Part shown: positions 28,244-37,071 of the stretch, one piece after another | Layout of the letters: the number at the start of each line of letters is the position of its first letter | Position numbering within the stretch: position 1 is the stretch's first letter | IMG/VR virus record: IMGVR_UViG_3300028840_001508 | Span: 1-64,000 of that record | Length of the DNA stretch: 64,000 nucleotides | Strand: one strand, 5' to 3' | Source of the DNA: a virus | Made by a program: the position numbers and the translations under genes | Notes under the pieces: model-generated | Seen by the model: only the letters and a program-made list of their open reading frames with translations | Database searches by the model: none | Told to the model about the DNA's origin: nothing

Positions 28244-28890
28244 ATACCCGATTTTTATACCGACAAAGGGCCGTTATAAGCATTTTGTACCATTCGTGTG
28301 TTAGAGAATATAGGTGTTCCCTATACGGCAGTGATTGAAAAGCAAGAGTACAAGAATTATGCCAAGGTCATAGATCCCAAAAAACTTTTAGTTCTACCGC
28401 ATCAGAATGAGGGCTTGACAGTAACCCGTAATTGGATTTGGGATTATGCACAGAATGAGGTGAAAACTCCCTATTTCTGGACGATGGATGATAATATCAA
28501 TAATTTTTATCGTTTGCATAAAAATAATATGTATACGGTCAAGTCAGGAACTTTTTTGCGAGTAATAGAGGATTTCGTTGAGAGATTCAAAAACCTTTAT
28601 ATCGCCGGAATGCAAAGGGTGGCATGACTGACTACTACAAGCAAACAGATAAGCGTCTGCAATTTGCACAGGAATTGCAAGAGGCGCATCCTGATGTAGT
28701 CAAGATAGTATGGCGCTATAACAGATGGCATCACCAAGTAGATTACAGGCCGTTTAAGAATAACAGGCTTGAATATCGAGATGACTATGTGCCAACAGGT
28801 GAAGTCAATAACTATGGTATGGTTTTGAGAGATAAAAATGGAAACCTGGTAGAAGACTTGGATGATATAGAACAAGTAGCAGCAGGATAG
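28230..28890 (+). pseudogene. GREB1/TET-associated glycosyltransferase (TAGT)-like gene with a frameshift and an internal deletion
   Basis: MNPKYPIFIPTKGR start, frameshift near 28285, RNWIWD..WTMDDNI, then a jump from AGMQ to KGGMTD in another frame, and RWHHQVDY C-terminus. Confidence 0.65.
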
Positions 28891-28911
28891 CATGGCAGGA
28901 ATTGATGTGAT

Positions 28912-29346
28912 ATGGCTAGTGCAGATGCAAGACATAAAAAATTTATACAGGGCATACTCGAAGGCAAGACGCTAATATCTGCCTATAAGGATGCTGGATA
29001 TGAGCCGAAAACAGACGCGACGGCTTACACATTAGCCAGTCGCTTGTTTAGAAATGATCAGATTCAGGCGGAAATAAAGGAGCGCATGGGTGAACAGGAA
29101 GCCATTGACAAGCTGCGTCTGGACAGGATACGCAGCGAAGCTATTATCGAACAACACAAGCTGGTCAGGGATGCGAAGCCGGAAGACAAGGTAAAGCTAG
29201 ATGCTATCAAGGATGTGCTGGACAGAACAGGGCTGAAGGCTGAAGAGAAAATCAAGCACAGCGGTGAAGTGAAGTTGACGCTGGAAGGCATTATAAAAAA
29301 AGCCTATAAACGACTAGAGGATCGGAATGACAATTCAGGCGATTGA
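28912..29346 (+). CDS. terS: Terminase small subunit
   Basis: FI..ILEG....AY.DAGY...ASRL HTH; DVLDRTG; directly upstream of terL. Confidence 0.8.
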   Translation: MASADARHKKFIQGILEGKTLISAYKDAGYEPKTDATAYTLASRLFRNDQIQAEIKERMGEQEAIDKLRLDRIRSEAIIEQHKLVRDAKPEDKVKLDAIKDVLDRTGLKAEEKIKHSGEVKLTLEGIIKKAYKRLEDRNDNSGD

Positions 29347-30685
29347 CAAAGAGATTGCCTATGGCAATGCCTATATCAATGATCCAGTAGCATGGGTATA
29401 TGATGTCCTTACCGAATTTCTGTGGTCAATGCAATGCGATATATTGGATTCTACATTTCGTAACAGGAAGACTGTTGTACGTTCATGCAACAGCGCTGGT
29501 AAGACATTTGTTGCGGCTGTAGCCATTTTAGCTTTTCTGTTTCTACGTTATCCATCGAAGATAATCACCACTGCGCCAACATGGTATCAAGTACGGGATC
29601 TGTTATGGTCGGAACTTAATTCGCTTTTCAATAAACATCTAGCGGGAAAGACCGAGGCCAGATGCCTAACGACTCGCCTGGAAGTAGATTCTGACTGGTT
29701 TGCGTTGGGTATATCACCCAAAGAGGCTGTCAACTTCCAGGGCTTCCACCAGGAGCATGTATTGGTTGTGTTTGACGAGGCCCCTGGCGTGCGTGAAGAT
29801 GTGGTAGAAGGCGCAGAAACATTAGAGGCATCTGGAGACTTTCATTTGCTGAAGATAGGAAATCCCATAGAGCAGGCAGGACATTTCTACAATGACTTCA
29901 GGGATCCGACATTCGAGAAGTTCCATATTCCATATACAGCAACGCCGAACTTCACAGATGAAAAAGTGCCTGAGCATGTGGCAAGAAACCTGATAAATCC
30001 TGAATGGGTAGATGATAAACGGAACAAATGGGGCGAGGGATCGCCCATGTTCGTATCCAAAGCTGAGGCGAATTTCCCAGAAGCAGGAGGCAACCAGATT
30101 ATCTCACTAGCAGCATGTGAAGCGGCGGCAAAGCGAGAGGTAGCAGCGATTGGTGATATAGCCCTATCTGTAGACGTGGCGAGGGGGGGCGGCGACCTGA
30201 CGGTGCTGACCCGGCGTCGGGGAGCAGTCATACTAAACCAGGAGACCATGAACACGCGTGACACGATGGAGATAGTGGGCAGGATAGGGGTATTGCATCA
30301 CAAGGACAAGTACAGGAATATCAATATAGACGTAATAGGTGTAGGGGCTGGTGTATTTGACAGGTGCAGGGAGCTTGGCTATCCTGCATTCGCCATCAAT
30401 AGCGCCGAAGCAGCGATAGAGTCTGAACGCTATGCTAACATAAGAACTGAGATGTGGTTCAGTATGAAGGACTGGCTTGAATATGGGAAGATCCCTGATG
30501 ATACAGATCTCATGGCTGACCTGACTGCGCCGCAATACAAGTACACCAGCAAGGGACAATACCAGATGGAACGCAAAGAAGAGACAAAGAAACGTCTCAA
30601 GCGGTCGCCAGATCAGGGTGATTCAGGGGTATACTCTATACAAAATGCAGATATAGGTGAATTCATAGGCGGAGCGATAGATTAG
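29327..30685 (+). CDS. terL: Terminase large subunit
   Basis: Walker A SCNSAGKT, Walker B VVFDEA, IGNP coupling motif, RNase H VDVARGGGD and SPDQGD. Confidence 0.92.
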   Translation: MTIQAIDKEIAYGNAYINDPVAWVYDVLTEFLWSMQCDILDSTFRNRKTVVRSCNSAGKTFVAAVAILAFLFLRYPSKIITTAPTWYQVRDLLWSELNSLFNKHLAGKTEARCLTTRLEVDSDWFALGISPKEAVNFQGFHQEHVLVVFDEAPGVREDVVEGAETLEASGDFHLLKIGNPIEQAGHFYNDFRDPTFEKFHIPYTATPNFTDEKVPEHVARNLINPEWVDDKRNKWGEGSPMFVSKAEANFPEAGGNQIISLAACEAAAKREVAAIGDIALSVDVARGGGDLTVLTRRRGAVILNQETMNTRDTMEIVGRIGVLHHKDKYRNINIDVIGVGAGVFDRCRELGYPAFAINSAEAAIESERYANIRTEMWFSMKDWLEYGKIPDDTDLMADLTAPQYKYTSKGQYQMERKEETKKRLKRSPDQGDSGVYSIQNADIGEFIGGAID

Positions 30686-30688
30686 GAT

Positions 30689-32086
30689 GTGTTGTTAATG
30701 GCGCTATACGTAGAGCGCAAGCAGGGGTTTCCGTGGATCAGCGTAGGAAAGGGAATAAGCAGGGACTTGAGCTTCATGGGCATGTCGGGCTGGGAGCAGA
30801 AGCATGGCAAGGTACAGCCGACCGACTTTGCAGCGCAGTTAAAGATGTTCAGGGGTGCGGTCTTTGACTGTAGCAGAATAAACTCATCAGCCGTGGCAGA
30901 CGTGCCCTGGAATCTATACGTGGGCAAAAACAAGAGGGACAAGAAGTATAGCTTCGTTGACACGAAGCCAGTAACAAAGGCACAGTTGGAATACATACAC
31001 AAGCAGAATTTTCTTCAGAGCTACAGGCGCAAGTCAGATGATGTAGAAGAGATAACCGATCATCCTATGCTGGACTTGCTCATAAAGGTCAATCCGTTCA
31101 TGAATGGTTATGACCTGTTTGAGTTGACAGTACTGTTCCTGGAACTGACAGGCAATGCCTACTGGTATTTGCAAAACGGTGATGTAGGCGGACAAAGTAT
31201 ACCGCAGGAGATATGGATGGTGCAGCCGCAGTGGATGAAGCCCGTACCTGATAAGAAGAAGGGCGTGGCGCGGTACATATACAAGCGGGGCAACGAAGAG
31301 ATCACGTTTGAAGAGGAAGAGATAATCCACTTCTATTGCCCATCGCCACTCAATGAATTCTACGGCATAGGCAGCATCATGGGCGCACTAGAGGCGCAGA
31401 CAGTCTGGCAGGATATGTACCAGTATGAGTCAGCTATGTTCAAGAACATGGGCAGGCCGGACATCATCTGGAAGCTGAAGAAGTCACTGAATAAGGATCA
31501 GAAGGCACAGGTTGAGGCTACCATGAGGAAGATTCATGGTGGTACGGGTAACGTAGGAAAGCCTGGGTATTTCTCTAATGAGATACTTGATGAAGTATAT
31601 GAACTCGGAACTAAGCCCCGCGACATGAGTTACATGGGCGGCCGCCGATGGGTCAGGGAGGAGATATATGCGGCATTCCGTGTACCTATATCCTACGCTA
31701 CAATGGAAGCCAGCAACAGGGCGGTAGCGGAGACAGGGACATATCAACATGCCAAGTTTGCTGTGCAGCCCTATTGCAAGCGCATAGACCAGAAGCTAAC
31801 AGAGAAATTGTGTCCACGATATGACGAACATTTGTTCATGCTACATGAGAATCCTGTGCCGAAAGACAGGGAGTTAAGGTTGAAGGAGACGGAGATATGG
31901 ACGAAGCTTGGTTTGATAACGCAGAACGAGGGCAGGGAATACAATGACTTTGATACAGTGGACGATGGTGACGTGTTTCTGCCGCAGGGCAACGTCACAC
32001 CTATGGCGCTAGCGGGCATGGGCGAAGAGGAACTGACAGAGATGGCGCGAGAGGTTATGGCGCGGGCTAAAGAGATGTGGAACTGA
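30689..32086 (+). CDS. Portal protein (HK97 family)
   Basis: HPMLDLL..NPFM, LELTGNAYW, EIIHF, YGIG, FKNMGRP, EIYAAFRVP, ITQNEGR. Confidence 0.9.
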   Translation: MLLMALYVERKQGFPWISVGKGISRDLSFMGMSGWEQKHGKVQPTDFAAQLKMFRGAVFDCSRINSSAVADVPWNLYVGKNKRDKKYSFVDTKPVTKAQLEYIHKQNFLQSYRRKSDDVEEITDHPMLDLLIKVNPFMNGYDLFELTVLFLELTGNAYWYLQNGDVGGQSIPQEIWMVQPQWMKPVPDKKKGVARYIYKRGNEEITFEEEEIIHFYCPSPLNEFYGIGSIMGALEAQTVWQDMYQYESAMFKNMGRPDIIWKLKKSLNKDQKAQVEATMRKIHGGTGNVGKPGYFSNEILDEVYELGTKPRDMSYMGGRRWVREEIYAAFRVPISYATMEASNRAVAETGTYQHAKFAVQPYCKRIDQKLTEKLCPRYDEHLFMLHENPVPKDRELRLKETEIWTKLGLITQNEGREYNDFDTVDDGDVFLPQGNVTPMALAGMGEEELTEMAREVMARAKEMWN

Positions 32087-32095
32087 AAGGAGAAG

Positions 32096-32308
32096 TTGAT
32101 GGATGGCAAAAGTTATGGTGTATTGGTATTGATACTGGGGCTTATTTTCCTTTTTCTCATGCCACTGACTATGAACAATAGACTTGCCAGATGGTATTAT
32201 GAGAATGCTATAGCAATCCATGTAATACTATATCGGGCTTTTGGTGGGATTCTGTGTATAACAGGAACAATAATACTGGTGTTACAATCATTCAACCCAA
32301 AGGCATAA
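32096..32308 (+). CDS. Small two-TM protein inserted after portal
   Basis: AAAGGAG RBS; hydrophobic. Confidence 0.5.
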   Translation: MMDGKSYGVLVLILGLIFLFLMPLTMNNRLARWYYENAIAIHVILYRAFGGILCITGTIILVLQSFNPKA

Positions 32309-32316
32309 GGAATCTT

Positions 32317-32553
32317 ATGGATGAAGATAAGTGCGGCTTCAAAGACATGGCTGACTTTGTGAAGGCAATATATAAAGCAGAGGTACTAGGTATAGGAGAC
32401 GCCCGCCTGGAACCACTAAGGCTATCAAACGAAGAAATAGCTGCACAATGGGAACAAGCAAAAGAGATATTTACAGAGGAAAGACTGAATGCGCTGGAAG
32501 CGTGGGCGGATAGCATGTTGAAAGGGGAAGCTGATGGATGTAGAACGTTGTAA
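32317..32553 (+). CDS. Hypothetical protein
   Basis: AAGGA RBS before MDEDK. Confidence 0.45.
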   Translation: MDEDKCGFKDMADFVKAIYKAEVLGIGDARLEPLRLSNEEIAAQWEQAKEIFTEERLNALEAWADSMLKGEADGCRTL

Positions 32554-32779
32554 ACAAATCGCTAGTAAAGTAGATTCTGGAGCAGAGTTAATTGCATATA
32601 ATATATATATTAGCGGTGTATATCTGAATGGAGATGGAGAGCCACATGCACTTCCGTTTTTTAGCGAACAACTCCAGGATTGGAAAGTAGATATTAAAGG
32701 CCTGTCAAATAATGTGAAAAAACAGTTATTTGAGCATATACAGAAAGGGATAACTAACACCTTAGATGGGGAATCATGA
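32534..32779 (+). CDS. Hypothetical protein
   Basis: AAGGGG RBS; overlaps the MuF start. Confidence 0.5.
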   Translation: MDVERCKQIASKVDSGAELIAYNIYISGVYLNGDGEPHALPFFSEQLQDWKVDIKGLSNNVKKQLFEHIQKGITNTLDGES

Positions 32780-34485
32780 ACCGTCACCGCCTATCACTCC
32801 TAAACAAAACCATCTTCGTTGAGGCTTGCGCTCAAGCAATGATAGTACAACTGAAGCAGGAGAAAGCCGAAAGCGCAGAAGCCCGACATGAGCGGATGAT
32901 AGACCGGGCTGGCAAGACGGAGCGCAAGTTCAAGGCTGCGTTGAGAAAATACTTCAAGCGGCAGTGCGATGCTATACTGGAAACCATGCCTGACCAGGTG
33001 TTCATGGATGCAGACGTGACCGTAGTGAAAGCACACAGCAAGCGGATATGCAAAGACCTGTTGGAACTGTACCAGAATGACCGTGAAGCCTGGCGCGAGG
33101 AGCTAGAGACACTGGCAGGCATACACGTCACTGATGCCGTCAAGCAGACTGGGGAAGCCGAGATGAAGGAATTTGCAGCAGGCATATCGTTCAAGGTGAC
33201 AAATCCGCGTGTAGAGAGGCAGATCCGTGAGCGGACAAACAAGATGAGCTTCACTGTATCAGACGAAACCATGCGTAAGCTTCGGGCGACGTTGGCTGAG
33301 GGATCTGCTGCTGGTGAAGGCATACCCGATATACGCCGCAGGGTGCAGGACACCTTTGATGACATGAGCAAGTACCGTGCAGAGCGCATAGCCCGTACAG
33401 AGACGATTTGGGGGGCTAACGCAGGTGCAGAGGAGGCATGGATACAGAGCGGGGTCATAGAGGGCAAGGAATGGCACGCTGCGGCTGATGCGTGTGCTTT
33501 CTGTGCTAATATGCACGGCACGACAATGGGCTTGGGACAGGCGTTTTTTGAGCATGGTGACAGGCTGAGTTTGGAAGATGGCGGGACGATGGTCTTTGAT
33601 TATGAAGAGGTACAGCATCCGCCCCTTCATCCATTAGGTAGGTGTTCCCTACTGCCGATAGTGAAGGAAGTGGCTGTGCAGAAGACGGCGGAGGAAGTCA
33701 GGCAGGAGGTTATAGCAACAGCGGAAGCTAATGAATCAGCGATAGCTGGTATTGAAAGAGAATTTGAAGCTATTCAGTTGAGGGCGGCAGAAGCATATAA
33801 GGCAGGAAATGAAAGTGCCTTTGATGACATAATGGATCACTTATTGGCACAGCAGGAAAAAGCTGGACAAATGCGAAAGGAGTTAAAGGGGAAAATACAT
33901 GAAATCTTACAGATTAATCGCGCCGGGGCTAAATCTGGAGTAGATTTCAATGTAAAGGTGAATAGAATAGCTGCACTGAATAGGGGCGAAGACTGGAAAG
34001 AGGTTACTAAGTGGACAGAAAAAGAAGTGCGTGAGTTCAGTAGATATATTTCCGAGGGCGTTTGGCCCCAAGGTGGGACAGTGGAGCAGTATACTCTAAA
34101 GCCTGGAATCCGTGCTTGTTATGAGCAGCATGTAATATATGTGAGCCGTTCTTCTAAAAGCTCAACAGTAGCACATGAACTGGGACACTGGCTAGAAGAG
34201 AATAATCAGCAAGTTAGAGAGGCGGCACTTGAATTTCTCAAAGCCAGGACAAAGGGTGAGCGGGCCGTGAAGTTAGCGAATCTTAGCAATAGTTACCGTA
34301 CCAGTGAACTCGCGAAAAAAGACAAGTTTCTTGACCCGTACATGGGGAAAATCTACGAGAATGATAAGGCTACAGAGATTATCAGCTCAGGTATTCAATA
34401 TATATACGAAAAGCCGCTAGATCTAGCTACAAAAGACCCCGAATACTTTAACTTCATGGTCGAGACTCTCTGGGGGCTAGAGTGA
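32776..34485 (+). CDS. MuF/gp7 head morphogenesis protein with C-terminal zincin-like metallopeptidase domain
   Basis: RAERIARTET, KEW..AADACAFC, PPLHPLGRC (MuF); VAHELGHWLE plus ATEIIS (HExxH..E). Confidence 0.85.
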   Translation: MNRHRLSLLNKTIFVEACAQAMIVQLKQEKAESAEARHERMIDRAGKTERKFKAALRKYFKRQCDAILETMPDQVFMDADVTVVKAHSKRICKDLLELYQNDREAWREELETLAGIHVTDAVKQTGEAEMKEFAAGISFKVTNPRVERQIRERTNKMSFTVSDETMRKLRATLAEGSAAGEGIPDIRRRVQDTFDDMSKYRAERIARTETIWGANAGAEEAWIQSGVIEGKEWHAAADACAFCANMHGTTMGLGQAFFEHGDRLSLEDGGTMVFDYEEVQHPPLHPLGRCSLLPIVKEVAVQKTAEEVRQEVIATAEANESAIAGIEREFEAIQLRAAEAYKAGNESAFDDIMDHLLAQQEKAGQMRKELKGKIHEILQINRAGAKSGVDFNVKVNRIAALNRGEDWKEVTKWTEKEVREFSRYISEGVWPQGGTVEQYTLKPGIRACYEQHVIYVSRSSKSSTVAHELGHWLEENNQQVREAALEFLKARTKGERAVKLANLSNSYRTSELAKKDKFLDPYMGKIYENDKATEIISSGIQYIYEKPLDLATKDPEYFNFMVETLWGLE

Positions 34486-34715
34486 TGGCAGTAACGATTT
34501 CGCTTGGTGAAGGGGAAGCAACTATACTGTTGAACCGATGGGTTGCTAGTGATAAAAGACTTCGCAGGCTTATTACACTTTTCTCTGATAGGCTTTTGGT
34601 TAATTACACCCCCTGGCCTGACTACACCCTTGCAGAAATGGCGTGCAAAGCACTGGGCGGCAAGATAATCAGCGCAACCGACCCGCCTGAGTATGTGGAG
34701 GGGAGGGTGTATTGA
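34482..34715 (+). CDS. Small protein coupled to MuF (candidate immunity protein)
   Basis: Start overlaps the MuF stop. Confidence 0.5.
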   Translation: MMAVTISLGEGEATILLNRWVASDKRLRRLITLFSDRLLVNYTPWPDYTLAEMACKALGGKIISATDPPEYVEGRVY

Positions 34716-34716
34716 T

Positions 34717-35217
34717 ATGCAGAACACGATGACAGTTATAGGCGAGTTCGACGACAATCCTGATAGATATAGAAAGGATGGCTGTTTCTTTTGTTGTCAT
34801 TTCATATCATACGCTGATTTATATGAGGATGCCCTGGAGCCAGGCGATGCCGGGCAATGTACCAGAACTAAAGAGCATGTGAGTTATAGTGATAGCTGCG
34901 AACATCGTTTGCCCAAAGGCAGGGATTTTGAAAAGGAGAGAGATATGCCTGTAAAACAGATCAAAGACGCAAAAGGACGCATTGCTATTGTGGATGCAGA
35001 CTATAAGGTGCAAGAGAAGATAACTGAAGAACGATGTCTTGAAATAGGCGGGCATTGCTGGGAAACTAGACACGAACATTCATTGAAACTGAACTACCCC
35101 TATACAGCGAAAGATACTACATATAGGAAATGTAAGCATTGCGCGAAGTGCCAGAAAGGAAAGAGGCAGCCAGAGATAGTCTGGGAGGATGAAAAGGAGA
35201 CGAATTATGACAGATAA
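34717..35217 (+). CDS. Cys/His-rich zinc-binding hypothetical protein
   Basis: CFFCCHF, C..GGHCW, CKHC. Confidence 0.5.
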   Translation: MQNTMTVIGEFDDNPDRYRKDGCFFCCHFISYADLYEDALEPGDAGQCTRTKEHVSYSDSCEHRLPKGRDFEKERDMPVKQIKDAKGRIAIVDADYKVQEKITEERCLEIGGHCWETRHEHSLKLNYPYTAKDTTYRKCKHCAKCQKGKRQPEIVWEDEKETNYDR

Positions 35218-35518
35218 GGAGATAAAGTTATTCAGCCTAGATCCAGAGGACATTCAGTCACCATGTCTTTGGAGTCTGCCAGGAATAACCAACAGGGATA
35301 ACGCAGGGGGCGAGGACGGTGCAGTGTTACAGATACGTGCAGATGATATACAAGCATTTCTGGATGCCCTCGCTGCTGCATGGCGAAAGCAAGCAGAAGA
35401 GGCACTATACGTTCCTATATCTTCTGCCAGATGGGGCGGCCCAGCAGATAGGTATGTCAAGGCATACATAGCCCCATTAGAGACGGGCGTGAGGACTGCT
35501 GAAAAGGAGAGGACATGA
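35207..35518 (+). CDS. Hypothetical protein
   Basis: AAAGGAG RBS. Confidence 0.5.
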   Translation: MTDKEIKLFSLDPEDIQSPCLWSLPGITNRDNAGGEDGAVLQIRADDIQAFLDALAAAWRKQAEEALYVPISSARWGGPADRYVKAYIAPLETGVRTAEKERT

Positions 35519-36003
35519 CAGCTAAAGATTTGAAAGACATGGAACTGCCACGCGTATTTACTCCCACTACGCTAAGTGAGATTCATAACGCATTATTGAA
35601 GATGGTTAGTCGTTGCAAATCGTGTGCTAACGATATACGCTTCGAGGATGTCTTGACAGCCCTGCGAGAGGCGTATTTGAAAGCTGAGAAGGTAAAGCCG
35701 AGGGTCACATGGAAACAGATAGAGGTATTGCGTAACCTTGTCTGGCACGAAAAAGAAAAAGCCAGTGATGAAGGAAGATGGCTAGTAGATGCACGTAAAG
35801 CGTGTGAGCTTATAGAAGAATGGTATAGTAATGGATGCGACTGTTGTCATGACTATGTAGTAACTATAAAGAGCGATGACCTTGATATAGCATATATCCG
35901 TGAATGTAAGCTGTGCAATCGAATACAATATGCCAAAGCTAAGGGGAAAACGGCATGGTTTGATAGTCTTGCAGAATTACATAGCGCAAAGGAGACGGCA
36001 TGA
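35515..36003 (+). CDS. Hypothetical protein with C-terminal zinc motif
   Basis: CCHDY..CKLC; AAAGGAG RBS. Confidence 0.55.
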   Translation: MTAKDLKDMELPRVFTPTTLSEIHNALLKMVSRCKSCANDIRFEDVLTALREAYLKAEKVKPRVTWKQIEVLRNLVWHEKEKASDEGRWLVDARKACELIEEWYSNGCDCCHDYVVTIKSDDLDIAYIRECKLCNRIQYAKAKGKTAWFDSLAELHSAKETA

Positions 36004-36266
36004 GCATATTAGATGATATAATGAGACATGAACACACGTTTCACCTGGGTGAATTGACCGGACGCCTAGCTACTGCGAAGTTCTGGGATGGAAAGGAAGT
36101 TACGGGCATTATAGACAAGATAGTCCATATCAGCAATGAATCAGGCGAATACAATCTTATGATACTGTCAACAGGTGACTCTGTGGGTATGGTGGCGGGA
36201 AAATACATATTCGACCCTGCGGAAGCGGTGGTTCTGTGGATAGCAGATGAAAAGGAGATGCCATGA
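36000..36266 (+). CDS. Hypothetical protein
   Basis: Coupled start, AAAGGAG RBS. Confidence 0.5.
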   Translation: MSILDDIMRHEHTFHLGELTGRLATAKFWDGKEVTGIIDKIVHISNESGEYNLMILSTGDSVGMVAGKYIFDPAEAVVLWIADEKEMP

Positions 36267-36631
36267 GCAGACTGGACGACTGCAAGGAGCACCAAAACTG
36301 GCTGGCGAAGGAAAAGGCACGCCTCACAGCTGACTTTGACCGCCTGTGGAACGAGCGACTTGATGGTGAATACCGTGGACGCATCAAACCAACAGGCACA
36401 TCCTTCGGTGACTTGCGATCTCGTTGTTCACTATCTGTGGATACGAGCCAGCCAGGTGAGGTTGTGCGCCATACCATTACTGTAGTGGTGGACCTGGATG
36501 ACATGGGCGAGGTACTGTCCGCTGAATATGCCACTAAGGACGAGGTGGATGCACTGAGGGGGAAGCAATTCCCGTACACCTTGAGTGTGAAGGATGGTAA
36601 GATAATAGCTACGAGGGTCAAGGATGGGTAA
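36263..36631 (+). CDS. Hypothetical protein
   Basis: Coupled start, AAAGGAG RBS. Confidence 0.5.
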   Translation: MSRLDDCKEHQNWLAKEKARLTADFDRLWNERLDGEYRGRIKPTGTSFGDLRSRCSLSVDTSQPGEVVRHTITVVVDLDDMGEVLSAEYATKDEVDALRGKQFPYTLSVKDGKIIATRVKDG

Positions 36632-36795
36632 ATACGAAAACATCTACAAGCAGCGCAGAAAGCCATGGGCGGAGATAGATGCTACGCTTCGGTTGCTGGC
36701 TATGGCATTGCAGGTAGCGCATCAACGGGGTCATACTGTAGCTGTGACGCGGGTAGATAGCTTTTGGCAGAGCTTGAATTGAAAGGGGAAGAGAG

Positions 36796-37065
36796 ATGAC
36801 CATAACCATGACAGATGAAGAGCGAGAGGTATTAGACATATTGGTACATATAGGGCTAATGTCGCTATTTCACTTGCTAATGGAAGCACAAAAATACTAT
36901 GCGGGTAACTGGCAGATTGTCGGTGACCCGAATAATCTAAGCCCGAACCAGATATTTGAGCAGATTATGGGCGATAGGGATTTTTCTATACAGAATGAGA
37001 AGTTGATAGAATATGGAAAGAAGCTGAAAGCATACACTGAAAGGGATAACACAGAAGTCGGGTGA
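36796..37065 (+). CDS. Hypothetical protein
   Basis: AAAGGGG RBS. Confidence 0.5.
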   Translation: MTITMTDEEREVLDILVHIGLMSLFHLLMEAQKYYAGNWQIVGDPNNLSPNQIFEQIMGDRDFSIQNEKLIEYGKKLKAYTERDNTEVG

Positions 37066-37071
37066 AGGTGA

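Noticed and set aside
32832-33521. Long minus-strand ORFs (also 58251-58943, 61732-62502, 19855-20427)
   Set aside because: Antisense to well-supported + strand genes, with no recognisable motifs
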